Source of the DNA: Minisyncoccota bacterium
GTDB lineage: Bacteria > Patescibacteriota > Minisyncoccia > Phycocordibacterales > UBA9973
Assembly (NCBI GenBank): GCA_041659845.1
Contig: JBAZXM010000001.1
Location: 124 to 64,123 of the forward strand
DNA length: 64,000 bases
Reading direction: 5' to 3'
The first letter of the stretch is position 1. Every line of letters begins with the position of its first letter. Below are positions 1-10,151 of the stretch, in pieces. Both the position numbers and the translations under genes were made by a program. Under the pieces are notes generated by a model, which saw only the letters and a list, made by a program, of their open reading frames with translations, made no database searches and was not told where the DNA came from.

Positions 1-574
1 AAATCTCGCAATTAATAAAGAAGTTTTTACCGACGATGTCCTTTCAGAGCTCGGTATTGAAAGGGAAAAGCTCGTAGAGCGCAAATCTATTGAAGTCGGT
101 AATATTTTCGAATTGAAAACTAAGTACTCAGCGCCGTTTGATTTCGTTTTTAAAGATGAAAACGGCAAAGAGCACACTGTGCTTATGGGTTGTTATGGCA
201 TTGGCATTTCCCGATTACTCGGCACAGTGGTGGAAGTGCTAGGGGACGATAAAGGTATGATTTGGCCGGAAGAAATTGCTCCGTTTAAAGTGCACTTGCT
301 CTCGCTTGGCGCAGATGAGTCTGCGCGCGAGGAAGCGCAAAAGCTTCATGACGAGCTTGAAAAAGCGGGCGTCGAAGTTCTATTTGATGACCGCGATATT
401 TCTGCAGGGGAAAAATTTGCTGATTCGGATTTGATCGGGATTCCATACCGCGTGGTTATTTCTGAACGCAGTTTGAAAGATGGTGGAGTGGAAGTGAAGA
501 AGCGCACAGAAGAAAAGGGTAAGATAATCGGATTAAAGGAGGCTGTTAAAGAATTCAAAAAACATCATGCTTAA
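1..574 (+). CDS. proS: Prolyl-tRNA synthetase, C-terminal part (5' end lies upstream of the window; reading frame open from nt 2)
   Basis: Frame-2 translation from nt 2 gives VGNIFELKTKYS (class II motif-3 region) then MGCYGIGISRLLG...IWP..IAPF...L anticodon-binding domain, typical of bacterial ProRS; track start at 113 is an internal TTG. Confidence 0.8.
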   Translation, partial: NLAINKEVFTDDVLSELGIEREKLVERKSIEVGNIFELKTKYSAPFDFVFKDENGKEHTVLMGCYGIGISRLLGTVVEVLGDDKGMIWPEEIAPFKVHLLSLGADESAREEAQKLHDELEKAGVEVLFDDRDISAGEKFADSDLIGIPYRVVISERSLKDGGVEVKKRTEEKGKIIGLKEAVKEFKKHHA

Positions 575-1613
575 AAAGATTTATGAAATGTTTTCAAATG
601 ATATCGGTATAGACTTGGGTACTGCAAATACTCTGGTTTATTTGAAGGGGCATGGCATCGTTATTAACGAGCCGTCTGTGGTTGCAGTTAATCAGAAGAC
701 AGGTAGAATTGTCGCTGTGGGTGCAGAAGCTAAGCAGATGATAGGCAGGACGCCTGCTCACATCAAAGCGGTTCGCCCGCTCGTCGAAGGAGTGATTTCT
801 GACTTCGAAGTGACAGAAGAAATGCTTTCGTATCTTATAAATAAAGCTGAAAAAATTTCCAAAAAATTCATCCGTCCTCGTGTGGTCATCGGCGTGCCGT
901 CTGGTATTACGAATGTCGAGACTCGCGCAGTTTACGATGCTGCTCGCAGTGCCGGTGCGCGCGATATTCACATCATCGAAGAGCCGATGGCTGCAGCGAT
1001 AGGTATTCGACTTCCAATTAAAGATCCTGTCGGTTCCATGATTATAGACATCGGTGGTGGGACGACTGACATCGCAGTGATTTCTCTCGGCGGTATTGTG
1101 CGCTCAAAGAATTTGAAAATTGCAGGAGATCGTTTGAATAATGACATCATTTCTTACTTGCGCGATGAGTTTAAGCTGTTAATCGGAGAGAAAACCGCTG
1201 AGAATGTAAAAATGGCAATTGGCTCGGTTGTCCCAGGTAAATTTATGGAGGCTGAAGTGCGCGGGCGCGATATGGTTACCGGATTGCCACGCGAAGTCAT
1301 AATCACTGATTCGGATGTTCGTGAAGCAGTTTCTCAGTCAATTTCAAATTTTGTTGAGGGTGTGAAGGAGGTGCTCGAAACTACTCCGCCTGAAATTCTT
1401 TCGGATGTCATGCACCGAGGCATAATTCTTGTTGGCGGTGGGGCACTTATCCAAGGTCTCGATTCACTTTTACAGAATACACTGAAAATACCTATATATG
1501 TGGCAGATGATCCGCTTTCAGCGGTGGCACGCGGTACAGGCGTAGTCTTGGAAGATTTGGAATTTTTTAGAGAAGTATTAGTTCCGCTTCACGATGAATT
1601 ACCTCCTAGATAG
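567..1613 (+). CDS. mreB: Rod shape-determining protein MreB (actin-like ATPase)
   Basis: MLKK..MFSNDIGIDLGTANTLVY N-terminus nearly identical in pattern to E. coli MreB; phosphate-binding DIGGGTTD and VGGGALIQGLD motifs. Confidence 0.92.
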   Translation: MLKKIYEMFSNDIGIDLGTANTLVYLKGHGIVINEPSVVAVNQKTGRIVAVGAEAKQMIGRTPAHIKAVRPLVEGVISDFEVTEEMLSYLINKAEKISKKFIRPRVVIGVPSGITNVETRAVYDAARSAGARDIHIIEEPMAAAIGIRLPIKDPVGSMIIDIGGGTTDIAVISLGGIVRSKNLKIAGDRLNNDIISYLRDEFKLLIGEKTAENVKMAIGSVVPGKFMEAEVRGRDMVTGLPREVIITDSDVREAVSQSISNFVEGVKEVLETTPPEILSDVMHRGIILVGGGALIQGLDSLLQNTLKIPIYVADDPLSAVARGTGVVLEDLEFFREVLVPLHDELPPR

Positions 1614-2388
1614 AAAAATAAAAAGGCAGAAAGTTTGGATTGTCGCATTCGGCGTATTTATTATTGCACTGCTCATAATATTTAGGATGAATGTAATGCA
1701 CGCACTGAGTTATGGCGCATATGGAATTGCTCGTCCATTTATTATTGTTGGAGAAAAAGTGGGAAAGACTATTCGTTCACATACTTTTGTTTTTCAAACT
1801 AAAAACTCTCTAATGAAGGATAATCAAAATCTTACTGAGCAACTGAGAGAAAGTAATTTAAAACTCGCTGATCATCAAATGCTTGCCGATGAAAATACTG
1901 CACTCAAAGCTATTCTTGGCCGTAAGGATGATCGTGTGTTGGTACTCGCCGGTATTTTGGAAAAACCAAACAGATCTTTGTACGATACGTTGATTATTGA
2001 TATTGGTTCAGATAAAGACATTCTCGTTGGCAATAAAGTTTTCGCCTCTGGTGATATTTTGATCGGTGAAATTACAGATGTATATAATCGATCGGCGAAA
2101 GTTTCTCCCTATTCAACTCCTAGTGAAAAACACGATGCAGTTATTTCAGCACTTGGAATAACAGGCGAAGCAATAGGTCGTGGAAATGGTAATTTTGAAA
2201 TAACAGTACCTCACGATGTCATAATTGAGCCTGGTATGGCGGTCGTCATGCCAGGTGTTAATCAAGTTCTCTTGGGTACTGTTGATCAAATTCTTTCTGA
2301 TCCGCGAGATCCGTTTCAAAAGGTTTTGTTTCGTTCTCCAGTCAATATTCAAGAGCTCTCCTATATAGAGGTGGAAGTGTCTATATGA
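1594..2388 (+). CDS. mreC: Rod shape-determining protein MreC (N-terminal TM, coiled coil, beta-barrel domain)
   Basis: Immediately downstream of mreB with 20-nt overlap; N-terminal TM helix, coiled-coil (LTEQLRESNLKL), C-terminal MreC-like beta domain. Confidence 0.65.
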   Translation: MNYLLDRKIKRQKVWIVAFGVFIIALLIIFRMNVMHALSYGAYGIARPFIIVGEKVGKTIRSHTFVFQTKNSLMKDNQNLTEQLRESNLKLADHQMLADENTALKAILGRKDDRVLVLAGILEKPNRSLYDTLIIDIGSDKDILVGNKVFASGDILIGEITDVYNRSAKVSPYSTPSEKHDAVISALGITGEAIGRGNGNFEITVPHDVIIEPGMAVVMPGVNQVLLGTVDQILSDPRDPFQKVLFRSPVNIQELSYIEVEVSI

Positions 2389-3593
2389 TCGGATTTAAAT
2401 TTACTATTCATAAAAAACTGGACGGCACACTTGGAAGAGTAGGCTCTTATGAAACTCCGCACGGTGTCATCCAAACGCCGGCTTTTGTAACAGTAGGTAC
2501 TAAGGCAACAGTGAAATCTCTTAATCCTGATCAAGTAAAAGACGCAGGCGCTGATGTTGTACTTGCAAATACGTATCATTTATATTTACAGCCAGGGGAT
2601 GAAATTATCGCGGGAGCCGGAGGTCTTGGTAAATTTATGAACTGGTCTGGTCCCACAATGACAGACTCCGGCGGATTCCAAGTATTTTCTCTTGGTGCCG
2701 CTTATGGTAAAGAAATTTCAAAAGTTGTTAAAATTACCGATCCGTCGCTGTTAATTCCGGAAAGATTCGATGACAGTGATGCACCACGACTGGCAAAGAT
2801 TGGCCAAGATGGTGTATCTTTTAAATCGCATTTGGACGGATCCATCCACTACATCACACCCGAGAAATCAATTGAAATCCAGCATAATCTTGGTGCGGAT
2901 ATTATTTTTGCATTCGATGAATGTACATCACCAACGGAAGATCTACGTTACCAGGAAGAAGCGCTTGAGCGCACACATCGTTGGGCAGGGCGTTGCCTCG
3001 AATATCACAATTCAAAAGATAATTCAAAATACCAGGCATTATTCGGAATTGTTCAGGGTGGAAGAGATGAAAATTTGAGGAAAAAAAGCGCACAAGTTAT
3101 CAGTGATATGGGTTTCGATGGCTTCGGCATTGGTGGATCTTTCGCTAAAGAAGATATGTCGACGGCTGTGAAGTGGGTGAATGAAATTTTACCGGAAGAA
3201 AAGCCTAGGCACTTGCTCGGCATTGGTGAACCCGAAGATCTTTTTATGGGCATAGAAAACGGTGTTGATTTTTTTGATTGCGTCTTGCCGACTCGCTTGG
3301 GAAGAAATGGAACAATCTATACAAAAAATGGGAAAATCATAATCATGAATGCTAAATTTCGAAATGATTTTACTCCGATCGAAGACGATTGCGAATGTTA
3401 CACTTGCAAGGGCTTCATTAAAGCTTATGTCGCTCATCTTTTTCACAGCAAAGAAATGCTCGCCGGAACATTAGCTTCGATTCACAATCTTCATTTTATA
3501 GTGAACCTCGTTAAAAAAATCCGAGCATCGATTATCGACGGAACATTCTATGAATTTAAGGAAAGTTTTCTGAGGGGATACGGAAAAGAATAG
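2385..3593 (+). CDS. tgt: Queuine tRNA-ribosyltransferase
   Basis: LGRVGSYETPHGVIQTPAFVTVGT, DSGGFQ, and zinc site CECYTCKGF...H near C-terminus. Confidence 0.9.
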   Translation: MIGFKFTIHKKLDGTLGRVGSYETPHGVIQTPAFVTVGTKATVKSLNPDQVKDAGADVVLANTYHLYLQPGDEIIAGAGGLGKFMNWSGPTMTDSGGFQVFSLGAAYGKEISKVVKITDPSLLIPERFDDSDAPRLAKIGQDGVSFKSHLDGSIHYITPEKSIEIQHNLGADIIFAFDECTSPTEDLRYQEEALERTHRWAGRCLEYHNSKDNSKYQALFGIVQGGRDENLRKKSAQVISDMGFDGFGIGGSFAKEDMSTAVKWVNEILPEEKPRHLLGIGEPEDLFMGIENGVDFFDCVLPTRLGRNGTIYTKNGKIIIMNAKFRNDFTPIEDDCECYTCKGFIKAYVAHLFHSKEMLAGTLASIHNLHFIVNLVKKIRASIIDGTFYEFKESFLRGYGKE

Positions 3594-3608
3594 TAGAATA
3601 CAAAGTAT

Positions 3609-5714
3609 ATGATACAAAAGAATGTCTTTATAATAAAAAACCAATTCTCTCCGGCTGGTGACCAGCCTCAAGCGATTGAAAAGCTTGTGAAAGGTTTGCA
3701 AAAGGGCTTTAAAAAGCAGACCCTTTTAGGCGTGACTGGTTCCGGTAAGACATTTACCGGGGCAAATGTCATTGCTCAATTCAATAAACCGACCCTAGTC
3801 ATTGCTCACAATAAAACTCTTGCCGCTCAACTTGCGCAAGAATACAGGGAATTTTTCCCTGATCACGCAGTGCACTATTTCGTCTCTTATTATGATTACT
3901 ATCAGCCCGAAGCATATATGCCGACGACTGATACTTATATTGAAAAGGATGCCCAGATTAACAAAGAGATTGACCGTCTTCGTCACGCTTCCACACAGGC
4001 GTTACTTACACGAAAAGATGTGATTATTGTTGCATCTGTTTCTTGTATTTACGGCCTCGGTAGTCCTGAAGAATATCGCGAGGAACATATGCTGATTGAA
4101 AAAGGGCAAAAAATCTCCCGTAATGATTTTTTGAAAAAGCTTATTGATTTGCATTTTGTCCGTACGAATGCAGATTTATCTTCCGGTGAATTCCGATCGA
4201 TGGGGAGTACGATTGAAATAATGCCAGTGTCTGAAGTATTTACATATCGTATTTCAATCGAGAGTGGATTAATCCATGATATTTTAAAAGTTGATCCAGT
4301 ATCGTCTAAAATCCTGGAAACGCCGGAAAACTTTTTCCTTTTTCCTGCGAAGCACTTTCTCACACAGAAAAGTAAACGAGATAAAGCTATAAAGAATATA
4401 AAGTCAGAATTAACCTCGCAACTCAAAAAATTTGATAAAGAAGGCAAGCTTTTAGAAGCCGAACGCTTGAAGCGCCGTACGAATTACGATATCGCCATGA
4501 TTCGTGAAATGGGATATTGTTCGGGTATTGAAAATTATTCTCGTCATCTCTCCGGTAAAAAAGAGGGAGAAGCGCCGGAAACACTGCTCTCGTATTTTCC
4601 ACATAAACCTGACGGAACGGCTGATTTTTTGACTATTATCGACGAATCGCATGTCACAGTGCCGCAACTTCGGGGGATGTATGCGGGTGACCGATCACGC
4701 AAATCTACGCTTGTTGAGCACGGCTTTCGTTTGCCATCAGCAAAGGACAATCGCCCGCTTCGTTTTGAAGAGTTTGAAGCGCGTATCGGAGAAGTGATTT
4801 ATACATCTGCCACGCCGTCCGATTATGAGCGTGAAGAAAGTGATCAGGTTGTAGAGCAGATTATTCGTCCGACCGGGCTTATTGATCCGGAAATTATTAT
4901 TCGCCCAGTAGTATCGAAAGGAAAGTATGGCGGACAAGTTCAAGATTTTATCGCTGAAACTATTAAAGAGGTTAAGAAAGGTGGGCGAGTAATTGCAACA
5001 ACTCTCACAAAGAAAATGGCTGAGGACTTAAGCGCTTATCTCAAAGAGCAGAACATTAAAGCCGAATATCTGCATAGTGATATAAAGACTATCGACCGAA
5101 TTAAAATTTTGACGAGTTTTCGAAAGGGTGAGTTTAATTGCTTAGTGGGCGTTAATCTTCTTCGTGAAGGCTTGGATTTGCCGGAAGTTACTTTTATTGG
5201 AATTTTAGATGCAGATAAAGAAGGCTTTCTTCGAAGTGAAGTTTCTTTGATTCAGACAATAGGCCGTGCGGCGCGAAATGTCGAAGGTCGAGTTATTCTT
5301 TATGCCGACAATATGACAGGCTCGATAGATAGAGCGGTAGGAGAGACTAATCGCCGTCGCGAAATACAGGTCGCGTACAATAAAAAGCACGACATTACTC
5401 CAAAGACGATTATTAAAAAGATCAGTGACATCACACAAGTTATGGAATCGATGCATGAAAAGGCGGTAGCATATAATGTCGAAATTGATGTCGAGCTTTT
5501 CGGCAAAGGCCTAAGAGCACTGAATAAAAAAGAAGAAAAGAAATTGGAACGTCTTTCCGATGAAGAGAGGGAAAAAGCAGTCTATGAAAAAATTATTAAA
5601 CTCAAAGAGAAAGAAATGAATAAAGCTGTAAAAGAATTGGATTTTGAAACCGCAGCGATATTGCGCGATGAAATAAAAGTGCTCGAAAAAAGACTGGGAA
5701 ATGCGAAAGCATAG
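3609..5714 (+). CDS. uvrB: Excinuclease ABC subunit B
   Basis: GVTGSGKTFT Walker A, helicase motifs, C-terminal UVR domain (ETAAILRDEIKVLEKRL). Confidence 0.92.
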   Translation: MIQKNVFIIKNQFSPAGDQPQAIEKLVKGLQKGFKKQTLLGVTGSGKTFTGANVIAQFNKPTLVIAHNKTLAAQLAQEYREFFPDHAVHYFVSYYDYYQPEAYMPTTDTYIEKDAQINKEIDRLRHASTQALLTRKDVIIVASVSCIYGLGSPEEYREEHMLIEKGQKISRNDFLKKLIDLHFVRTNADLSSGEFRSMGSTIEIMPVSEVFTYRISIESGLIHDILKVDPVSSKILETPENFFLFPAKHFLTQKSKRDKAIKNIKSELTSQLKKFDKEGKLLEAERLKRRTNYDIAMIREMGYCSGIENYSRHLSGKKEGEAPETLLSYFPHKPDGTADFLTIIDESHVTVPQLRGMYAGDRSRKSTLVEHGFRLPSAKDNRPLRFEEFEARIGEVIYTSATPSDYEREESDQVVEQIIRPTGLIDPEIIIRPVVSKGKYGGQVQDFIAETIKEVKKGGRVIATTLTKKMAEDLSAYLKEQNIKAEYLHSDIKTIDRIKILTSFRKGEFNCLVGVNLLREGLDLPEVTFIGILDADKEGFLRSEVSLIQTIGRAARNVEGRVILYADNMTGSIDRAVGETNRRREIQVAYNKKHDITPKTIIKKISDITQVMESMHEKAVAYNVEIDVELFGKGLRALNKKEEKKLERLSDEEREKAVYEKIIKLKEKEMNKAVKELDFETAAILRDEIKVLEKRLGNAKA

Positions 5715-5727
5715 GAAAATAATAAAA

Positions 5728-5755
5728 AAAAGAGACACATTATCGTGTCTCTTTC
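5728..5755. terminator. Bidirectional hairpin terminator between uvrB (+) and 5740..6186 (-); stop codon of the minus gene lies in the loop
   Basis: agagacac attatc gtgtctct stem-loop, A-run upstream/T-run on minus strand. Confidence 0.55.
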
Positions 5756-6186
5756 TGATTATTTGGAAAAGATAATTCCTCTAGTGATGTACCTCTTCTT
5801 TCAAGAGTTAGGTCTTTACCCATTAGATCCGGAATGCATAAATAAAATGCTTTGGGTATGATTTTTTCCACTAGGTTTCCTTTAAAGATGAATTTATCAT
5901 ATTTTTCAACACCAGCTTTCTTTCTTTTACTAAAATCCGGCTTATTCTCTTTGTTGTAGCCTTTAATTAAATATTCATCCTGTGTTCCTTCGATTCTGCA
6001 TATCTCATGAATGTAATAAATCAGGCCACGTTTTATCTTCTTGTATCTGACTTTTTTCTTTTTCGGTTCCCTTGTAGAGGGTGTAAGAAAAAAATTACCT
6101 AAGCAAATAAAAACAAGTACTGCAATTATAATTATCGCAATCATGGTGCCGCCCACAGAAGGGTCTATTTTTAATAGTAGTTTCAT
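5740..6186 (-). CDS. Hypothetical single-pass membrane protein, lysine-rich juxtamembrane segment
   Basis: ORF with N-terminal TM helix (MIAIIIIAVLVFICLGNFFL), no recognisable catalytic motifs. Confidence 0.5.
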   Translation of the reverse strand: MKLLLKIDPSVGGTMIAIIIIAVLVFICLGNFFLTPSTREPKKKKVRYKKIKRGLIYYIHEICRIEGTQDEYLIKGYNKENKPDFSKRKKAGVEKYDKFIFKGNLVEKIIPKAFYLCIPDLMGKDLTLERRGTSLEELSFPNNQKETR

Positions 6187-6276
6187 AGTTTAAGTTTTAA
6201 ATGTACTGTCCTTTCAATATAACAGAATAGGGGATATTGTCAATAGTATCAATAAATGATATACTGTTCTCTTGAT

Positions 6277-8871
6277 ATGAAAGAAAAACCTGAGGACAAA
6301 ATTATCGTTCGCGGAGCTCGAACGCACAATCTGAAAAATATCACTGTTGAAATGCCACGCAATAAAATGGTGGTTATTACCGGTATGTCAGGCTCGGGTA
6401 AAAGCTCACTTGCTTTTGATACGATTTTTGCTGAAGGGCAGAGACGTTATGTGGAATCACTTTCTTCTTATGCGCGGCAATTTTTAAAGCAAATGGCAAA
6501 GCCCGATGTAGATGAAATTCGAGGTCTTTCTCCCGCAATATCTATTGATCAGAAATCCCGCTCCAACAACCCACGCTCAACTGTCGCCACAATTACTGAG
6601 ATTTACGACTACCTCCGTGTGCTTTATGCGCGCATCGGCCGTCCATATTGTCTCGTGTGCGGGGATGAGATTAAAAAATTATCCAACGAAGAAATCATTT
6701 CTTTTATCTTGGAAAAAATTAAAAATGCTGAAGATTCCGGCACAAAGAAAAAAGTTATGGGTGTCGCTTATAACGATGCGCTTATCCAAATCTTTTCTCC
6801 TGTCGTGCGTGGGCGGAAGGGCGAATACTATCAATTGCTTTACGACATGCTCGGCAAAGGATTCATGAAGGCGCGGGTGGATGGTCAATTGAAAAATCTT
6901 CGGGAAAAAATAATTCTGACTAAAACAAAAAAGCATAATATCGATTTCTTAGTCGATGAGCTTGCTGTGCATGAATTTAAAGATGATCCGAAAGCCTCTC
7001 GTCAACGATTGGCAGAGGCTGTAGAGGCGGCACTTTTGCATTCGGATGGATTGGTTAGTATTTGTTTTACGTCAGCTGAAGAATTTCTTATGTCTTCAAA
7101 ATTTTCTTGCCCAAATGACGGTTTTTCCTTTCCGGAAATTGAGCCGCGCCTCTTTTCTTTCAATTCTCCGGCAGGAGCTTGCCCGGAATGTAATGGTCTT
7201 GGTTCCAAGTATTTTTTAGGTGAAGAGCCATGTGATGTTTGCGAAGGAAAACGTTTGCGTCCGGAGGCCTTGAACGTGTTTTTAGGCAATGATAAAAAGA
7301 CGCGTAAAAATATCGTTGAAGTAACTGCGCTTTCTATTGAAAAGGCTATGGAATTTTTCATAGAATTAAAACTGACGCCAAAAGAAAAAGAAATTTCAAA
7401 AGTTATAATCAAAGAGATTGAAGACCGTCTCGAATTTATGATTAATGTTGGACTTGAATATCTCTCGCTTAATCGCCGCGCGAATACTCTATCAGGCGGT
7501 GAGGCTCAGCGTATTCGCCTTGCATCTCAGCTTGGCTCGCGCTTGGTGGGCGCTATGTATGTGCTCGATGAGCCAACGATAGGCCTCCATCAGCGTGATA
7601 ATGATCGTTTAATCAAGACACTCGAACATTTGCGTGACATCGGTAATACGATTATCGTCGTTGAACACGATGAGGATACTATCTACGCTTCTGATTACAT
7701 TATTGATATTGGTCCCAAAGCAGGCGTGCACGGCGGCAAGGTTATCGTTGCGGATTATTTAACCACTCTTCTTGATGCGAAGAAAAATGAATCCGGCTCG
7801 CGAACTATCGGGTACCTACGCGGTGATTTGAAAATTGAAATTCCGGAAAAGCGCCGTGAAGGGGATAAGGGCACGATTAAAATTGTCGGCGGGAAAATTT
7901 TCAATATCGATAACATAAATGCAGAAATACCTCTCGGCAAGCTCGTGTGTATCACAGGTGTTTCCGGCTCCGGTAAGTCATCATTCATGTATGAAATCCT
8001 GCATAAAAATTTACAAGCGCGCTTTGATCGTCGCTACCGAAGCGCCAAAGTTTATAATTGCGCCTCGGTTTCTGGTACAGAGTATCTCTCTCGCGCCGTG
8101 CTTATTGATCAATCTCCGATTGGCCGAACTCCGCGCTCTAATGTCGGCACTTACACAGGAGCATTTACGTTTATCCGCGAATTATTCGCTGAGACGGAAG
8201 AAGCCCGTATTCGAGGATGGAAGTCAAATCGTTTTTCTTTTAATGTAAAAGGAGGGCGATGCGAAGCCTGCGAAGGCAACGGTGAGATTGCCGTTGAAAT
8301 GCATTTCTTGCCGACAGTCTATGTGACTTGCGATATTTGCGGTGGAAAGCGCTTTGATAAAGAGACGCTTCAAATTAAATATAAAAAAAAGAACATCCAT
8401 GAAATACTGGGAATGACGGTGGAAGAGGGTATTAAATTTTTTGAAGATATTCCTGCGCTCTACGATCGATTGAAAACCCTCGATGATGTGGGTTTGGGTT
8501 ATGTTACGATTGGGCAGTCTGCGACGACTCTTTCCGGTGGCGAGGCTCAGCGTGTGAAAATAGCATCCGAACTCTTTCGTCCTTATGCTGAAAAAACAAT
8601 ATATTTGCTCGATGAGCCGACCGTCGGTCTTCACTATGATGATGTGCAAAATCTTTTACAAGTGCTTGATCGCTTGGTGAACAAAGGTCATAGTGTCGTA
8701 GTTATAGAACACAACATGGATATCATAAAAACCGCCGACCATATCATAGACTTCGGTCCGGATGGTGGTGGAGAAGGTGGAAAAATTGTTGCAAAAGGTA
8801 CTCCGGAAGAAGTCGCGAATAATTCGAAATCACACACTGGAAAGTATTTGAAAAAGGTTTTGAAAAAATAA
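6277..8871 (+). CDS. uvrA: Excinuclease ABC subunit A (compact form; probable start at MKEKPEDKIIVRGARTHNLKNI, ORF-track start 6256 is 7 codons upstream)
   Basis: Two ABC cassettes (GMSGSGKSSLAFDT; GVSGSGKSSF), LSGGEAQR signatures twice, zinc-finger cysteines CPECNG/ CEACEGNG. Confidence 0.9.
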   Translation: MKEKPEDKIIVRGARTHNLKNITVEMPRNKMVVITGMSGSGKSSLAFDTIFAEGQRRYVESLSSYARQFLKQMAKPDVDEIRGLSPAISIDQKSRSNNPRSTVATITEIYDYLRVLYARIGRPYCLVCGDEIKKLSNEEIISFILEKIKNAEDSGTKKKVMGVAYNDALIQIFSPVVRGRKGEYYQLLYDMLGKGFMKARVDGQLKNLREKIILTKTKKHNIDFLVDELAVHEFKDDPKASRQRLAEAVEAALLHSDGLVSICFTSAEEFLMSSKFSCPNDGFSFPEIEPRLFSFNSPAGACPECNGLGSKYFLGEEPCDVCEGKRLRPEALNVFLGNDKKTRKNIVEVTALSIEKAMEFFIELKLTPKEKEISKVIIKEIEDRLEFMINVGLEYLSLNRRANTLSGGEAQRIRLASQLGSRLVGAMYVLDEPTIGLHQRDNDRLIKTLEHLRDIGNTIIVVEHDEDTIYASDYIIDIGPKAGVHGGKVIVADYLTTLLDAKKNESGSRTIGYLRGDLKIEIPEKRREGDKGTIKIVGGKIFNIDNINAEIPLGKLVCITGVSGSGKSSFMYEILHKNLQARFDRRYRSAKVYNCASVSGTEYLSRAVLIDQSPIGRTPRSNVGTYTGAFTFIRELFAETEEARIRGWKSNRFSFNVKGGRCEACEGNGEIAVEMHFLPTVYVTCDICGGKRFDKETLQIKYKKKNIHEILGMTVEEGIKFFEDIPALYDRLKTLDDVGLGYVTIGQSATTLSGGEAQRVKIASELFRPYAEKTIYLLDEPTVGLHYDDVQNLLQVLDRLVNKGHSVVVIEHNMDIIKTADHIIDFGPDGGGEGGKIVAKGTPEEVANNSKSHTGKYLKKVLKK

Positions 8872-8880
8872 AAACTTAAA

Positions 8881-10077
8881 ATGAAATTTCAAGATTTACA
8901 AAAATTTAAATTACCGGATGCTCCTGGAGTGTATTTTTTTAAGCGTGGGAAGGATACTTTATATATAGGTAAAGCCACATCCCTGAAGGATAGAGTGAAG
9001 AGTTATTTTTCAAAGGATTTAATTGGAATGCGTGGGCCGCTGATTTTAGACATGGCTTTTAAGGCGGATAAGATTGAGTGGCAGGAGACTGATTCTGTCC
9101 TTGAAGCACTTATTCTCGAAGCAAATCTGATTAAAAAACATCAGCCGATTTATAATACAAAAGAAAAAAGTGATAAGAGTTTTAATTATGTTTGTATTAC
9201 GAAAGAGGAGTTTCCAAGGGTTATAATAAAAAGGGGGAAAGATATTCAATCTACGCCATGGCGTAGATGCAAAATTTACGGACCATTTCCTAATAGTTCG
9301 CAATTAAAAGAAGCATTAAAAATAATTCGCCGGATTTTTCCGTTCATGGATGACAAGAGTAAGAATAATTATGAATTTTATAAACAATTGAAACTTGTTC
9401 CAGAAAATGATTATTATAAAAAAAATATCAGGAATATAAAATTATTTTTTGAAGGCAAGAAAAAATCCATTTTAAAAAATCTGGAAAAAGAAATGAAAGC
9501 TTATGCGAAAAATCATGAATTTGAAAAAGCAGGGCAAATCAAGAAACAAATTTTCGCTCTAAAGCACATTAATGATGTCGCTCTTATAAAAGAGGATTCA
9601 TCAAGGTTGAACATTGATGAAGGTGCGTCTTTCCGCATAGAATCGTATGATATTGCTCATACGTCTGGAAAAGAAATGGTTGGAGTGATGACAGTAATAG
9701 AGGATAGTGAGGTGAATAAAAGCCAGTATCGTAAATTTAACATCAGGCAATTTGACTCTTCAAATGATACAGGGGCGCTCACTGAGCTTTTAACTCGCCG
9801 AATTGGGCATGTGGAATGGCCACTTCCGAATTTGATTGTAATTGACGGAGGTAAAGCTCAGTTGAATGCCGCTAATCGTGTGCTTAAAGAACGTGGGTTT
9901 AATATTGATACGGTTGCGGTTGTGAAAGATGAACACCACAAGCCGAAGGAAATAATTGGCGCCAAAGGTCTTATTTTTTCGCGAGAAAAAGAAATTCTTC
10001 TCGCCAATAGCGAATCTCATCGTTTCGCAATCGGTTTTCACCGCGAGAAGATGCGGAAGAGAATATTTAAAAAATAG
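8881..10077 (+). CDS. uvrC: Excinuclease ABC subunit C, short form (GIY-YIG + UVR + RNaseH-like endonuclease domain; no C-terminal HhH pair)
   Basis: GVYFFKRGKDTLYIGKATSLKDRVKSYF GIY-YIG motif; UVR-like EKAGQIKKQIFALKHI; C-terminal IESYDIAHTSG...LIVIDGGKAQL endonuclease domain. Confidence 0.8.
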   Translation: MKFQDLQKFKLPDAPGVYFFKRGKDTLYIGKATSLKDRVKSYFSKDLIGMRGPLILDMAFKADKIEWQETDSVLEALILEANLIKKHQPIYNTKEKSDKSFNYVCITKEEFPRVIIKRGKDIQSTPWRRCKIYGPFPNSSQLKEALKIIRRIFPFMDDKSKNNYEFYKQLKLVPENDYYKKNIRNIKLFFEGKKKSILKNLEKEMKAYAKNHEFEKAGQIKKQIFALKHINDVALIKEDSSRLNIDEGASFRIESYDIAHTSGKEMVGVMTVIEDSEVNKSQYRKFNIRQFDSSNDTGALTELLTRRIGHVEWPLPNLIVIDGGKAQLNAANRVLKERGFNIDTVAVVKDEHHKPKEIIGAKGLIFSREKEILLANSESHRFAIGFHREKMRKRIFKK

Positions 10078-10121
10078 CATCTACAAATTTCACCATGGTG
10101 AAATTTGTAGATGCTATTTTT
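10077..10121 (+). terminator. Rho-independent terminator of the uvrBAC run (38-nt perfect palindrome + T-tract)
   Basis: gcatctacaaatttcacc atgg tgaaatttgtagatgc followed by tattttt. Confidence 0.8.
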
Positions 10122-10151
10122 AATATATTTGCGCAATGATATAATTACTAT

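Noticed and set aside
6256-6276. ORF-track start of uvrA at 6256 (MIYCSLD...)
   Set aside because: The conserved UvrA N-terminus (…IIVRGARTHNLKNI) begins right after the second Met at 6277, so the upstream 7 codons are probably not translated.
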